Below, in pieces: positions 25,092 through 37,628 of a stretch of 64,000 nucleotides of DNA. A program made the position numbers and the translations under genes. The notes under the pieces are model-generated. The model made no database searches. It saw only the letters and a program-made list of their open reading frames with translations, and had not been told where the DNA came from. This stretch comes from Phoronis australis (Eukaryota > Animalia > Phoronida), in the NCBI GenBank assembly GCA_002633005.1, contig NMRA01000045.1, forward strand, positions 62,001 to 126,000, read 5' to 3'. Each line of letters begins with the position of its first letter. Position 1 is the stretch's first letter.

Positions 25092-26184
25092 TTGCTTTGC
25101 TCTCGCACATGACCTGGAATGTGTTACGACACGACTGGTTCATTACATCGAGTACGTAATTTTTTTGATATTACAGGAGGAAATTACATTTTTCATAATT
25201 TTATTCTTCAACAGTATACACTTATATTTTTTATAATTTTTAAAGGGGGAACAAGGAAAAGGGGTAACGACTTTCACTCACACACGCACACTCATACACT
25301 CATTCACACTCTTCATCATTTGATAATAATATCATGAAACAATATATGAATTTAATATATTACAGATCCATTGCATGGCAGCACTGAGGCTTTCCCAAAT
25401 TCTAATATTAATGTTTTCAGGTTCCTTTGTTTTTGAAAATTAAATGAAGTAATTTTACATATTTTCACATGAATAACTTAAAGGCAGACCAATCTGGATG
25501 CAACTGCTTTTGGCTATGTAAATAAATCAAATATTGGGCGACAGTGATAACATAATTAATAATCATAGAGAATTCAGAACTTAAATGGCAAAACATGAAT
25601 TCATTGTTGGTTATTCTGACATCTTCCTTAAGGGAAGATATCAAAATATCCTGAACTTTAATCAGCAATCTTTGCACTACGTCACAATGGAAAAACATGT
25701 GTTCAATATTCTAGATTACAGTAGGGACACTTATCTGAAGTAACAATCTTCATCTTATATAACTAAGAGTTAGTATACACTCTGTTATGTAACAACATAT
25801 ACTTAAAAGATTTAATGCATGGATCGACGGGAAGTGTAAAAGGCAAGGAATAATTTTTGGATATCTTGTTTCGAGTAATGATGCAACAATTTTTCATAAG
25901 TGTCTGTTTTTTTGCAATACTTTTGTAGCAAAATACTCTTGATTTTTTCTTTTGCAATTTTATCATAATCTCAGCAAATTTTATTGCTGCAACCAACGAA
26001 TCGGTGATGACCTTGATCAATTTTTCTAGATAAAGTAGTACATATTGAATTATAACTCAGAATTTAAAAATCTTTCAAGTTATATTTTGCCTTGAGCACC
26101 TCCCTAGATAAAAGCTTATTTTCAGCATCAAGTAAGTCATTGATGAAACATAGCCCATTCTTAGCGAACTCTTTACAATATAGC

Positions 26185-27113
26185 CATAGGCGGATTTAGG
26201 GGGGGGCCAGGGGGCCCGACCCCCCCCCCCCCTCTTGGCTGCCGCCAAAAAAATAAAACAGTAAGAGCGTAGGGAAATGGTGAGTTTATTAATTAACCCC
26301 GGTAATTAAAATTATACGGATGAAAACAGATTTAAATGTGTGCAGTTTTAGTGTTTGGGGGGGGGCTCAAACCCAATTTCAATTGTCAAATTCGGAACAC
26401 TGCGCAATCGTAACGGAACTGTGGCTAAGTATAGTAGGCTCTCCCGCAATATCCCAGGCGACGGGCAGTGGCGCTGCGCACTACGACTCCATTTTCGTTG
26501 TCTGCTCCACTGTGCAATGAAGAAAATTTACTTCATTTTTTAAAGAGAATGGAACCTGAGTGATGATGAAAAAACAGAAGCTGCTGGTAAGGTGTGAATT
26601 TTAATCGAAGCCTTAGTGAATCACTCAGAAACTCGCAATACTCTCTTTGTCAAACCTTATCTTAAGACGATTTCCAAAGCAATCCCATCATTATTGCCAA
26701 CACGAAAAACGGATTTGGTCTTTTGGGCATTTGAAGACTATTTTAAATACGACAAATTTGTTAAGAATTGATGGCACAAAATATAAAACGTATAGCATTA
26801 CGAAAAGAAGTAGGTTTCGCGCGCAAACGCTGTGGACCATAATCAAGTAGGTCTTTTAGTATGAGCGCAGCAGTTAAGTCGTGGTGGTGTAGTGGTAACG
26901 TACGCGCTTTCTATGCGCTAGGTCGTGAGTTCGAATCTTTGGTACGTTCAGTTTTTCCTGTTTGACACGTTCTCCGTGTGTTTTTTTTTTTCCCCTCCCG
27001 ACCTCCCCCCATTCGGTGCTATGCGCATCTACTATCGTGGCTCAGTTTGCGCAAATGCTTACAGCCGGACAAAATGTTGGGCCCCCCCCTGTGATATCCT
27101 AGATCCGCCACTG
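26185..27113. mobile_element. 929-bp non-autonomous DNA transposon, CA-GGCGGAT TIR family, perfect 5-bp TSD ATAGC
   Basis: CATAGGCGGATTTAGG...CCTAGATCCGCCACTG; removal restores LINE frame NNKSL|YCKEFAKNG. Confidence 0.88.
26872..26950 (+). mobile_element. tRNA-like Pol III head (SINE or pseudo-tRNA) inside the DNA transposon
   Basis: A-box TGGTGTAGTGG and B-box GTTCGAATC; acceptor stem not recoverable. Confidence 0.5.
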
Positions 27114-28031
27114 ATAGCGACTTATTATTAAGTGTTAATATCTATGTTATGACATAAAATCTGATCACAAAGGGGCACATCTTTAAAAGCATTATGATTC
27201 AACTGCTCATTCACCTACATAACTTCTCTATAAAAAACTTCATTTACCGTTGTAAACGGTTTGCGTACTTTAAAATTACATGACTATAAGAGTTCACCAC
27301 CGTAACTCTTGAGGATATATTGTGGATAAAACTTCCAACTTCCACTTTCAGGAGACTTGGGTTTTTTAACCCTTTTGACTAAAAGACCTTCCTTTATAAG
27401 GGTCATGTCAGGGACTTTTAAACCATCGTCTTTATAAGAGGCCATTGCAATGCTTTTCTTTATTTTAGGTTGTTTCCCTACCCAAGTAAAATCATTTAAA
27501 ATTTTGTGTATTCTTTTGCACAAATCCCTTGCCAATCCAAGGACAGATATAACATGAATCAATTTGGATAGCGCAAAAGCTTTATTTATGACAATTCTTC
27601 CCTTAATTATTAATTTTCTTGTTCTCCAAATATTTAGAACTTTCCTAAGTTACAAAAAAAATTCTTCAAAATTTTACCTATTTTTTCTTTTTCATAGTTA
27701 CCGAAGTAAACGCCCCGACATTTGATGTTTCTTTTTTGCCAATTTATATCATACATTTTCTTTTAAGTTCAGACTGGTGGCCTAAAAACATTCCTTCTCA
27801 TTTTCGCTTATTTAATTTAAGACCAGACACGTCGCCAAGTCTTGTGAGAAATTTAACGCATTCTGTTCCGGACATTTCATCCTGAATAAATAAAATTGTA
27901 TCATCAGCATACTGGCCTATTTTGACTTCATGTCCATCAATACACAATATTTTGATTAAGGGGTTATTTCTAATGTAATGACTCATGAACTCCACACAGT
28001 ACATTGTATAAACAGTTGACTACTTAAGGGG

Positions 28032-28174
28032 CAGTGCTGTAGTGGTAAGTAGGCGCCCAAAGCCCACCGTATCACCTTGAGCACTGAACCTAACTTACGG
28101 TGCGTAGGCGCTACGTTCAAATGCCAAAAGGTGGTTGGCTGCGCCTACGTGCGCCTAGCCCCACTACTGCGCTG
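28032..28174. mobile_element. Small TIR element inserted in LINE RT
   Basis: CAGTGCTGTAGTGG...CCACTACTGCGCTG; TAAGGGG repeated on both sides; splits QGDPL|SSQLF. Confidence 0.65.
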
Positions 28175-28225
28175 TAGTAAGGGGTCCCCTTGACGAAGGC
28201 CTCTCTTAACATTAAAATAACCATG

Positions 28226-28481
28226 AAGTAGTGCAAAGTAGAAATCCATACTGCTTACATTTTATCGTCGGTTCTCAAAACACTAAAACAACTAAACGCA
28301 ACTAATTCCGAGATGGTGATAAGGTTGTGATTGACAAATCAGGTGTCGCATCTGTACGTACTCCCAGTCGGAAGGACATGCAAACAACTTCTTAAACAGA
28401 CCCATTTTTGGCGACGAAATCCATATCCGCGTTCATTCAAACGGAGACGAGCCCCACCTCGAGGAACGCGGCGAGACTGTC
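28226..28481 (-). repeat. Diverged ~255-bp duplicate, copy 2; contains candidate first coding exon 28405-28362 (MGLFKKLFACPSDW)
   Basis: GCCAAAAATGG Kozak-like start, 44-nt ORF, GTACGT donor (phase 2). Confidence 0.75.
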
Positions 28482-28842
28482 ACTAGAAAAGGTCAATTCA
28501 GTGCTCACGCGCGGGCGGGAAAGCTTTGCTGGCTTGTTTATCAACATGTTTTAAGTTTTAATATTACTTCAAAGACTATGTATTAAAGTCTTCCTTGAAT
28601 ATTTGCTGCGAAAGCTGAATGCAATTTCAAATTGGTAAGCTTGAAGTAAAACTATTAACAAATAGTACCTGAATTACTTTAAATTGCGCAAGCATGTTTT
28701 TACAAAAGTTGCGTCATGTGGTTGAAAGTTTTAGACACGTCAAGTTTTTCGGCAAATACCTCAGGATTTTGACGAAATTTCCAAGCGGTTGTGCCCATGT
28801 CATAAATCTGAGACTCGTGTAGGATTCTCTATTTCTGATACT

Positions 28843-29008
28843 ATGGGTAATCATTTCAATTCCAAAATCGTAATCTACAAGATCTTTATGTACAAATAAC
28901 AGAAAAACTCCAATACCCCAGTAACCCTCACAGACTCAAAAGAGAACAATTTTGGATAGATAAGCTTAACACATTTGAACCCAGTGAATTAAACATAAAG
29001 ACTTATAA
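28843..29008 (+). mobile_element. Penelope-like element fragment (GIY-YIG endonuclease C-terminus)
   Basis: MGNHFNSK/..DLYVQITEKL..HRLKREQFWIDKLNTFEPSELNIK matches the PLE HFN..RE.FWI..L.T..P.GLN pattern; one frameshift. Confidence 0.8.
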
Positions 29009-29065
29009 TTATCCTTTAATTTTTTCGCACAAAATCTATCATTTTTACTACGCCAAATATCATAT

Positions 29066-29185
29066 GTAGTAGTAGTAGTCAGAGAGTAGTAGTGGTAGTT
29101 GTAGTAGTGGTAGTGGTGGTAGTGGTGGTGGTGGTGGTGGTGGTGGTGGTGGTGGTGGTGGTGGTGGTGGTGGTGGTGGTGGTGG
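29066..29185. repeat. (GTA)n/(GTG)n compound microsatellite
   Basis: Trinucleotide runs; explains the poly-His ORF. Confidence 0.95.
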
Positions 29186-30289
29186 CGGGGACGGTAGTAG
29201 CACGGTTGGTAAAGCCTTGTGCTTGTAGAGGCGTGCGTTAGTTGGACGAGAGCATCAATCATAACAGCGTAAAGGGTCTACGGCTCCAGTGTCCAAAAAA
29301 GACAAAAACAGCTTTTGAGAAACAGCCCATGGTCTTCCCTGGGCAACGTTTTTATTAATGTTTAGTGATCATCTAATTTATTTATTGCTGCACTGACTGC
29401 ACTGGTATATCATTTTAGTAAAAAAATCAAACGTGGTAAGATGGTTCGACTTCTTGTCAACACAATGGGTCGTCTTTTGACTTCGACGTTAACAGCTCAG
29501 ACCAACTGAATAAACTTCTGAATTAGCAATTAGCAACATTCAAATTTTATTGAGTCTCAGAAGATTATTTTTACAGAAACATTGAAACACAAACACGTAT
29601 GTGATACGCGTTCAAAAATCCTCCATTTTGTTGCTACCAAATAATTCTTTCCAGAGTAAATCGCCTTCTTCTGACAAATATTTTTTTTTTGATTTAAGTT
29701 AATCACTTTATTTCACTGATAGATTTTTAAGTCCTAGTGCCTCCGATCTGTCGACTGACAGACTGACAGCCGGGGGACCACGGCAGTTCAGTCCGGGTCA
29801 AATAAGTTTGGAGATTACCACACGGTGTCGCTGGTTGTCGCTTCTGTTCATCTCGTACGTTAATATTAATCGAAATCATATTTTCGATGGTCCTAACTCA
29901 CCAACGCCCGGGCAATTAGGAAGCAAAACAGAGATCACTGTTCAACTTTTTCAACACGAACATCCGTCTGACTGGCTACTTGTTCACTACTTCGTGAGGT
30001 TAGTAACAGTAACCGACCGATTTTAGGGTCATTATCTTGTATTTGCACAAAGTAACTCCACCCACTTTGCATGGAGGGTGGCTCAGAGCTGCTGAGGCGA
30101 AGGCGTGACATTCGACTCGATGATCGATCGTAATGTTTGTGAACTCCTCGACTATGTTTTCAGATGTTGTGTTTGAGTGATGGACAATGACAACTATCGG
30201 CTGTCTCAACTGGGCCAACAAAGATGATTCAGATTTGGACATCTCACAGACCCTCCGCACACCTCAAGCTTTTTAATTATACCGTTACC

Positions 30290-31045
30290 ATTGGAGCATA
30301 AGGACACATTTTGTGTCCTTGGGCCGTCTATGTCTTTTAAAAGTTTTCAGCCTTCCAAACAAACACTTTGCCTTTGGATAACTAAGGTTTCTTTCAGATA
30401 CATCTCTTGTTTGTCAACAAAATCATAGGTAAATAACATTTAAAGATGAATATTATACATTTTTAAGCCTTATTAGATGCTTAGAACATGTTATAATGAA
30501 GCCATCATTTACGGTAGTACCTATAAGTTNACATGAGGCCTTCTTGATTTTCGATTTGTCGTGAATGTTGAGGATTGAACTAGGAAGATCTGGAGGTATT
30601 TATGATATTTATTGGTTTCGATGTGAACAAATAGAAGCAATGAACGTGTTGCTGTCGCAGATAAAATGTTTGAGTGAAATTACTCTCAGATTTGACGTGC
30701 TTGGGTTACTCCGGAAGTGGCCGGCAGACGTCCATATTGAATGTCAGTTGTGTACCTTTCTCTTTATTATGTTATATTGTAGAGGGCTACTTAAAGGTGC
30801 CTGTGATTGGAGCATAAGGACACATTTTGTGTCCTTGGGCCGTCTATGTCTTTTAAAAGTTTTCAGCCTTCCAAACAAACACTTTGCCTTTGGGTAACTA
30901 AGGTTTCTTTCAGATACATCTCTTGTTTGTCAACAAAATCATAGGTAAATAACATTTAAAGATGAATATTATACATTTTTAAGCCTTATTAGATGCTTAG
31001 AACATGTTATAATGAAGCCATCATTTACGGTAGTACCTATAAGTT
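30290..31045 (+). repeat. 240-bp near-identical direct duplication (30290-30529 / 30806-31045) across an N
   Basis: One mismatch seen (GGATAAC/GGGTAAC); first copy ends exactly at N 30530. Confidence 0.92.
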
Positions 31046-31657
31046 AACCCAAGCGAAATCTGTAGGCGAAAAAATGATCACTTGTCACAAGCTGGAGCCA
31101 AGTGATACTCTGCCATTTTAGATTTGCCACTAAATCGGAAATGAGATTCATTGAGACATTAAGGAATGATTGAGACCTACTGCTAGTATTCGAATGGACT
31201 AAGCGTGTTTTACTGGAAGTAATTAACCCTTAAATTGTATAAACGTAACAACAAACATGCAATATCAAACTATAACATTAAATTGCTGTAGGAAAATTGT
31301 GACAACTTGAGAAAGTATTGAATACTAATTTAGACAGGGAAAAACTGATACCAGTGGTTTCGGAGTCTTTGTTAGCTGGCTGACAGTCAACAACGAATGA
31401 TGACCTATTTCTTATAGGATACCACCTGGTGACGAAATAACCTCAGAAAGAAAACGTGGTATGTTACCAAATGGTATGACATAAGTATTAATGAGTTTAA
31501 AGTAAAAGTGAAGAGTTTTCATTCACCCTGAAGCATTCATATAACCCACTACTGGCCGAGCCCGACTGCCTGGCCGCAGACATCAGTGCTCTGCAATGCA
31601 GGATGAACACATTAATTAGTTCCGTGGGCCTTGAACAGCTGAAATTTGTGCGACCAT

Positions 31658-31806
31658 CAGGGGCAGATCCAGGATTTTGTGTTAGGGGGGGCCAGGGCAG
31701 AGTATTATCCAGGCTTTTTCCCGTCATACATTTGCACTCCCGAACTGCCAAATGTAATCTGGGAGAATTTTAGGGGAGCCATGGCCCCCTTCTAAATCCG
31801 CCACTG
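31658..31806. mobile_element. MITE, CAG-GGCGGAT TIR family, perfect 5-bp TSD ACCAT
   Basis: CAGGGGCAGATCC...ATCCGCCACTG. Confidence 0.85.
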
Positions 31807-34800
31807 ACCATGCTCCTAACTCTATTATATTTTTCCATTGCCGACATTCAGCTCATTGGTGCTACGCAGTTCACTACATTCCCATTCCCCCACCCCTGAT
31901 TGCAGAATTTTTATTTTTACGCAACAGAGGTGTTGATTGTAAATTTTATCAATTTTTAAAATATGTTTCTCCAATAATTGAAAATTAAATTCAGTTTAGC
32001 AAGTACTGTATTTTAATTAATTTTCTTGCTGTAGTGACTCACATGAGTTGGCAACTGCCACGGAAACTTTGCCAGTTGATGTGTCCAGGCAGAAAAAATC
32101 GAGCACAGTTGTGCGTTGCTGCAGCTCAGGTGAGGAGCGCTCTGTTTTGAGATAAAAGAAGATTTTTTGTTGAAACATGACCATGTGTGGATGTTCTTTT
32201 CCACTTAACTTGTACGTTTTTAACGGCCAGCAATGCCACTGCCGAATTGCTGCCATGTTACGAAATGCACTGTCGGTAATGACGCAGCAATTGCTGGTAA
32301 AATTTTGTCATCTCTTTCACGATATGGCAATAAAGAAAAGACATTTGCCAATCTAGAAAGGTTTTCCCTCTAATTTATTACCACTACGGGTACTGTTGCT
32401 GAAATTTGACGTACCCTCGCGATGAGTCAAGACACCTCAGTAGCCCGAGTGTTGCCGGTGTTGGATATGCAATGTAATCACAAACTTATGATTGCACTGA
32501 ATACCTCTCATTATATGCAAAGGACGGATAAAATTGGAACAATAGACAATCAAATCTGTATATTCAAAGAACCAACATAAGAATCAAAAACAAACAAGCA
32601 AAATAGCATTTACGCTCACGATGAAGTCAATACGTTTTCAAAAACAACATAACCGTCATTCAGGAATCATTCCTTATGCACATGGAATTTGGGTCACAGG
32701 AAGAGTCGATGATTTTTTGATCTCGGCCGAGGTACAAAATTGCGCTTAAAGGGGCTTTTACTGGTAGTTTGGTAACAGAAAAAAGGTAAACATTATACCA
32801 TGCTACATATTGCTAATTTGTTGTGTATATCATGTTGTTTTAGCTAGATTAACCCTTTGTGATAAGGACTTGAAATGACACAAAATACTTGATGTATCAT
32901 GTTGCTAGTGTCACGCTTAAGACATTTGTAAACGATAAATCTTATCAAATTTTTGTGTTCAAGCATAACTATGCCTTCAGAATACTAAAGCGTAAAAATT
33001 TGTCACCTCTTGGGTCATTTCTTGGCTGATAGATTAACCTTTGAACTACCGTAATGTCTGACTTGTGTAGAACAGTGCAGAATTTTATGATATTTTTTTG
33101 TTATTTTTTATCAAATTTGTAAACGTATAAATACAAACAATGAATATTAAGGACATCCTGCCAGTTTGAAGTCCGTTGAACTTTCGGATTTGCCGCCACT
33201 TTGCTGTGTTTACCAAATCAGGGGCCAGCCCGTTTTGTTTACACACGTACTTGGCACAAACCTAATCGGGCTGATTAGTCTTACCTGGTGTTTATTAATG
33301 AGATATCTACCTTAGTTTTGTCTTGATTGATGTGTAATCCATGCGCAGCTGTTAAGTATCCTTACATGTTCGAGTCCCTTGAAGTGATAACCTTCTGATA
33401 GAATTGTTTGCCGAGTTACGAACTGGAGGTTTATGAGTGACTTAATTAAATTTGATTCGGGCATAGATGAATTGTAGTTTGCCGAATTTCAATTGTGTGT
33501 ACATGGATATCAGTTGCAGGTGCTATTCGATTGTTGTTTAAATGTGTGCTCTGAATATTCATTCGGTAAGGCCCATCACTTCAAACTGCTGCCCTGCAAA
33601 CCCACGTTTCTTTACTCCTGATGAAGCTTGTCTCTAACTCTTCCTTTCTGGGATGAGAAGTGGTTTCGGAGCGCTAAAGAACTGTCAGTTGATTTTTGTT
33701 TGAGACCATGCCATTAGAATAAATTTCGTAAGACTTCTCATGTTGCAATGAATTGTCAGTTTTTACCAAACCCAGGAATCACCTCGGTTTGAGTATGAAG
33801 CAAGCCGAATCCAATTACAGTTAGCGGCCAAGATCAAAACTGTTTTTGCATTTTGATGAAAGTCCAACTTCATACGTTTTTCGGATTTCAAAAATTCTTA
33901 TTCCATGGCACGTTTTAGTTGTGTAAACCTGCCACTGCATATTAGCAGACTGATATGTCTTCCTTCAAGGCATCACTTCAGCAGGTTTAGTTGTATAATC
34001 ATACTTTAATCACCAGGCTATTGATCTGGTCAGCCTTTTATTGGAAGAAGAGATTATGGTGTTGCTTTTCAGTGCAATACTCTTTAACAGGCAGGTATTT
34101 CCTTTGTAGTGTGCTTTGATGCCTCCAGGGCCTTATCTCCTTTTGAGTGGTTTGAAAGACCAAAGGATCAGTTTAATATGATGGTATTTTATTATTATGT
34201 AGCAGTTTCTTAGGAGGTACGATATTGACAAAAGACTTTTGATGGAACGTGTCTGTACGGTGTTGGAAGTTTTGGCAGTTTCCTAGATATATACCGGTAG
34301 GTAAATGCAAAAACAATAGTTGTTTCAGTTTAGCTGGTCTTTCAATCAGTTTTGGCTGGTTGTCGCTCCAGATGCAATTTGGCTGTGCTGTTGCAGTCTA
34401 ATACATTTGTTTGCAGTAAAATCCCATCAGTTTATGATACAATATGTTGGACCTTTTTTGGTTAATGGTACGTGTAGTATATGTTTACCTACATGTACCT
34501 TACAATGTGTACAAAAGGCGGTGACCGAAATTTCACCTATTTACACCAGAATTGACCATGCCTCAATCTTCAGAATCAAGAAAATTCAATTCCTGCTGGA
34601 ATATTGGTGTCTTAAATTTTATAGACTGTTTCAAATTGGGAATTGTAATGTAGTATATGCCATGGCTACATGGTATAGCATTTCCTACATTACATTACGC
34701 AGTTAGTGACAACTTCTACCTTGCTCTAGATATCGGATGCCTGTGTAGGCGCTCCTCGTAAAGTAGGACAAATTTCTCTAGGGCAAGTTGTTCTAGTGTA

Positions 34801-35996
34801 ACTTGTTTTTAATGTGGACATGACTACAGTGGTATTGTATTTCTTTGTTTAAATGATTCTTTTCATTAATGACTAGTGTCCTTGCATGTCATCGACCATA
34901 TTACTGAATACACTGTTGTGACATTTCTAGTTTAGTTAAATACAGTCCACTGGCAGACATACCCTAGAACAACTTGCGCTCGTTTAATTAGTGGAGCGTC
35001 CACACACACAGGGTAAGGAGGAAGTACATTGCTCTGTACGTGACAATGAAAAGCTACGAATACGGGGTGCAAAGGAAGACTCGTCTGTATGTAACTGCAG
35101 CGGATAATTACTTAGGTCTTGCTCCAATTTTGAAGCCACACAATGATTAGAATTGGCACAAGTTACCCTAGAATATTGGTCACGCCACCTTAATAAGTTG
35201 GAGTAAGTGGTCACAAGCACTTGCTTAAATAGCATCCACACTGCCTCCAAACCTACTGGCAACTCGTTTCTAGGAGTAACTTGTTCTAGGGTGATCTCAG
35301 GAAAATTGACTTGGCATTCCTTGCTATGACTTCCAGCTTGAAATTCTCATGTCCAGCGGGGGCTGTGCAAGCATTTAAGTAATGATGAAAACTACACAAC
35401 TTCCAAAAACTTCCAAACCTAGAAATTATTAAAAACAAGCTGGTTAGTACTTTCACATATAGTCAGGCAAACAGTTCCTACTCAGGTTCTAGTGTTATTA
35501 TTGTGTTTGGCCTGGGCTCAATTTACATCAAACCAAGCGGATAATTGCTCACAATCATTGCCATGAAATCCAATTGTTCAATAGTTTACTTGTGATTAGA
35601 TCATGCAAGTTGGAGCACCTGGTGTGCTTGTGCTCAATTTGTATTGGCTATTTATTTGTGTATTGTCCACAGGTTACAAATGTTTATTTGTGTGCTGCTC
35701 TGTGTGTATAATAATAGCAGTTCTATTATGTCAACTGCTTGCATTGTGTTTTATCTTGGACTTTTTACACAGGTCACATTTGTCAAGTATACTAATACTT
35801 GATCACTGTTGATTTAATGTTCACAATGTACTCTGGGCTGACATTGACTTCAGCTCCTGCCTTGGCGATTTCTAATATCAGTGTTGAAGCAGTTACAATG
35901 TTTTTGATGTTTTGTTCCCGTTTTACAGTAATGTGGTGGTCTGGCTATTGCAGGAGTGGTGCGGAGATGGGGACTTATCATGTTATTTAAACAGTA

Positions 35997-37628
35997 ATGT
36001 CATCAGGGACATACTTCAGCCAGTATGGGCTGGACAGTGTGGGACCGTTTCAGAGGACTTCCGCAGAATATCCTCAAGGTGGCAGGACCTACAGTGGCCG
36101 GATGTTCGATCATCCGACCAATGGACATGGTGTGGGGCTGTCTGGTCCAGAGCAGGCTTTCATGCATTGGAGTAATTTTGACTCGGGTAGAGTTGACATT
36201 TCAAATGATGAAGAGTCTTTGTTGAAGCATTTCGACAAGTTGAGAGAGTTAGACACACGAATTGATCAGTTAGAACAAGCTATCCAGGAAGAGGACAACA
36301 TTGGTGAGTCGGGCGTCAAACGTGTTTATGATCGGAAAACTAATGACACAGGCAAACAGAGAGATTCTGGCATCATTTATCGTGTCTATGATGAATCTGC
36401 TTCAAATGCCGGAAGGAAAAGTGACACACGCCAAGCGAGTCATGTCAGTTCTTTTCTTGATGGTCCGAAAATATCTAGTTTTCGTGGAAGCGACGGAAAT
36501 ATTCAGAATGGTTTTAGTAGTCATCAAAACTTTGAGGACTGTGGATCATATTATCGGGATCATGCACTTAATGTTGATGGTGTCAGAGACCAGCCGATGC
36601 ATGTGGATGAACTGTACTCCAATAGCTACAGAGAGTCTGGTACACAAACTAGCCCTAAGAAGGATACTCCTGTAACTGCCACCAGTGATACAAATGGTGA
36701 CGGTCATTTATATCGTTATAAAGATTGGGACGAGCGAACAGACTCCGACGGCTCCTCTAGGTCGTCAAGAGATGGTCATAACGTTTTAAAATTGAATCGC
36801 AGAAGGGTACGCAAAACTCATCGTAGGCAAAGTAATGTTGGTCTTAATTTAAGCGATACAGTGGAAGCTCGTGAACAAGTACCCACTATTGCGCCCCCCA
36901 AATTAGATGGGGAATCCTCTAGCTTTTCTCTGCATGGTCCACATAGATTACATGTCGTGCCACGTAACAGTCCAATGATAGATCCTGGTTTTAAAGGTGC
37001 AAGTGCAATGCAATGTCTGCCTCACCATCACAACAGCATGTCTTTCAGTAAAAATTGGGCTCATGGTAAGGATTTGAATGATCAGGTTGAAAAAACCAGC
37101 CTAAATTGGAATCAAAGTGGTATTCATATGCACACTTCGAGCCCAACTGAAAAACAGTTGGCATATCTGCCCTTGGAAACCAGCTCTAAGGCTCGGTCAC
37201 AAATTGGTGACCACAGTCGCTCACTGACACATAATACAAAGGTCAAGGTAGAGCATGATGCCATGTCCCGTACACATTCAAAATGTCCATTTGAAAGTAG
37301 ACGCTTAGTCGGCCACAACTCGCAGTGGAATAATAGTGTGGTAGATACTAGTTTTGATGTTTCTTCCCCGCTTCATGAAGTGGTTGGGTATCCGGGTGAC
37401 ACACAGGGTTATCTAGAGCCTAGCTCAAGTCCAACTCGGTCACCGGATCAGATGGAATTCCTGAGAGGTTCTCCTCATTTGAGGAGCATGAGTAGGCAGA
37501 GGAGACGCTCTGTGGACAGTTTCATTGGGCAGCTAGACCTCAACTCCAGTGTGATGACGTTTGCCAGTTTCCGTTCGGTGGATTTGGACGAGTCCGTTGT
37601 GTATGCAGACAATCAGTGTTCAGAGCAG
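35997..37628 (+). CDS. Sfi1-repeat gene exon 1 (544 aa, disordered with short coiled coil)
   Basis: Long ORF ending at donor GTATGA, phase 0; start Met inferred. Confidence 0.85.

Larger units (their letters stand above)
25160..28225 (-). mobile_element. 5'-truncated degenerate L1/Tx1-type LINE (RT to C-terminus)
   Basis: RGLRQGDPL, QYADDT, SGLKLN, FTWVGKQPKIK..GLKVPD, late-ORF2 Cys region (FFHCDVV), A-tail at 25160; two nested inserts. Confidence 0.88.

Noticed and set aside
22470-26950. Functional tRNA genes at ~22480 and ~26880
   Set aside because: A/B boxes only; no full cloverleaf; both lie inside transposons.
28966-29262. Poly-His ORF
   Set aside because: Translation of a (GTG)n microsatellite.
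33180-33730. Promoter and non-coding first exon of the Sfi1-repeat gene (donors at ~33567 and ~33728)
   Set aside because: Plausible but cannot be supported without transcript data.
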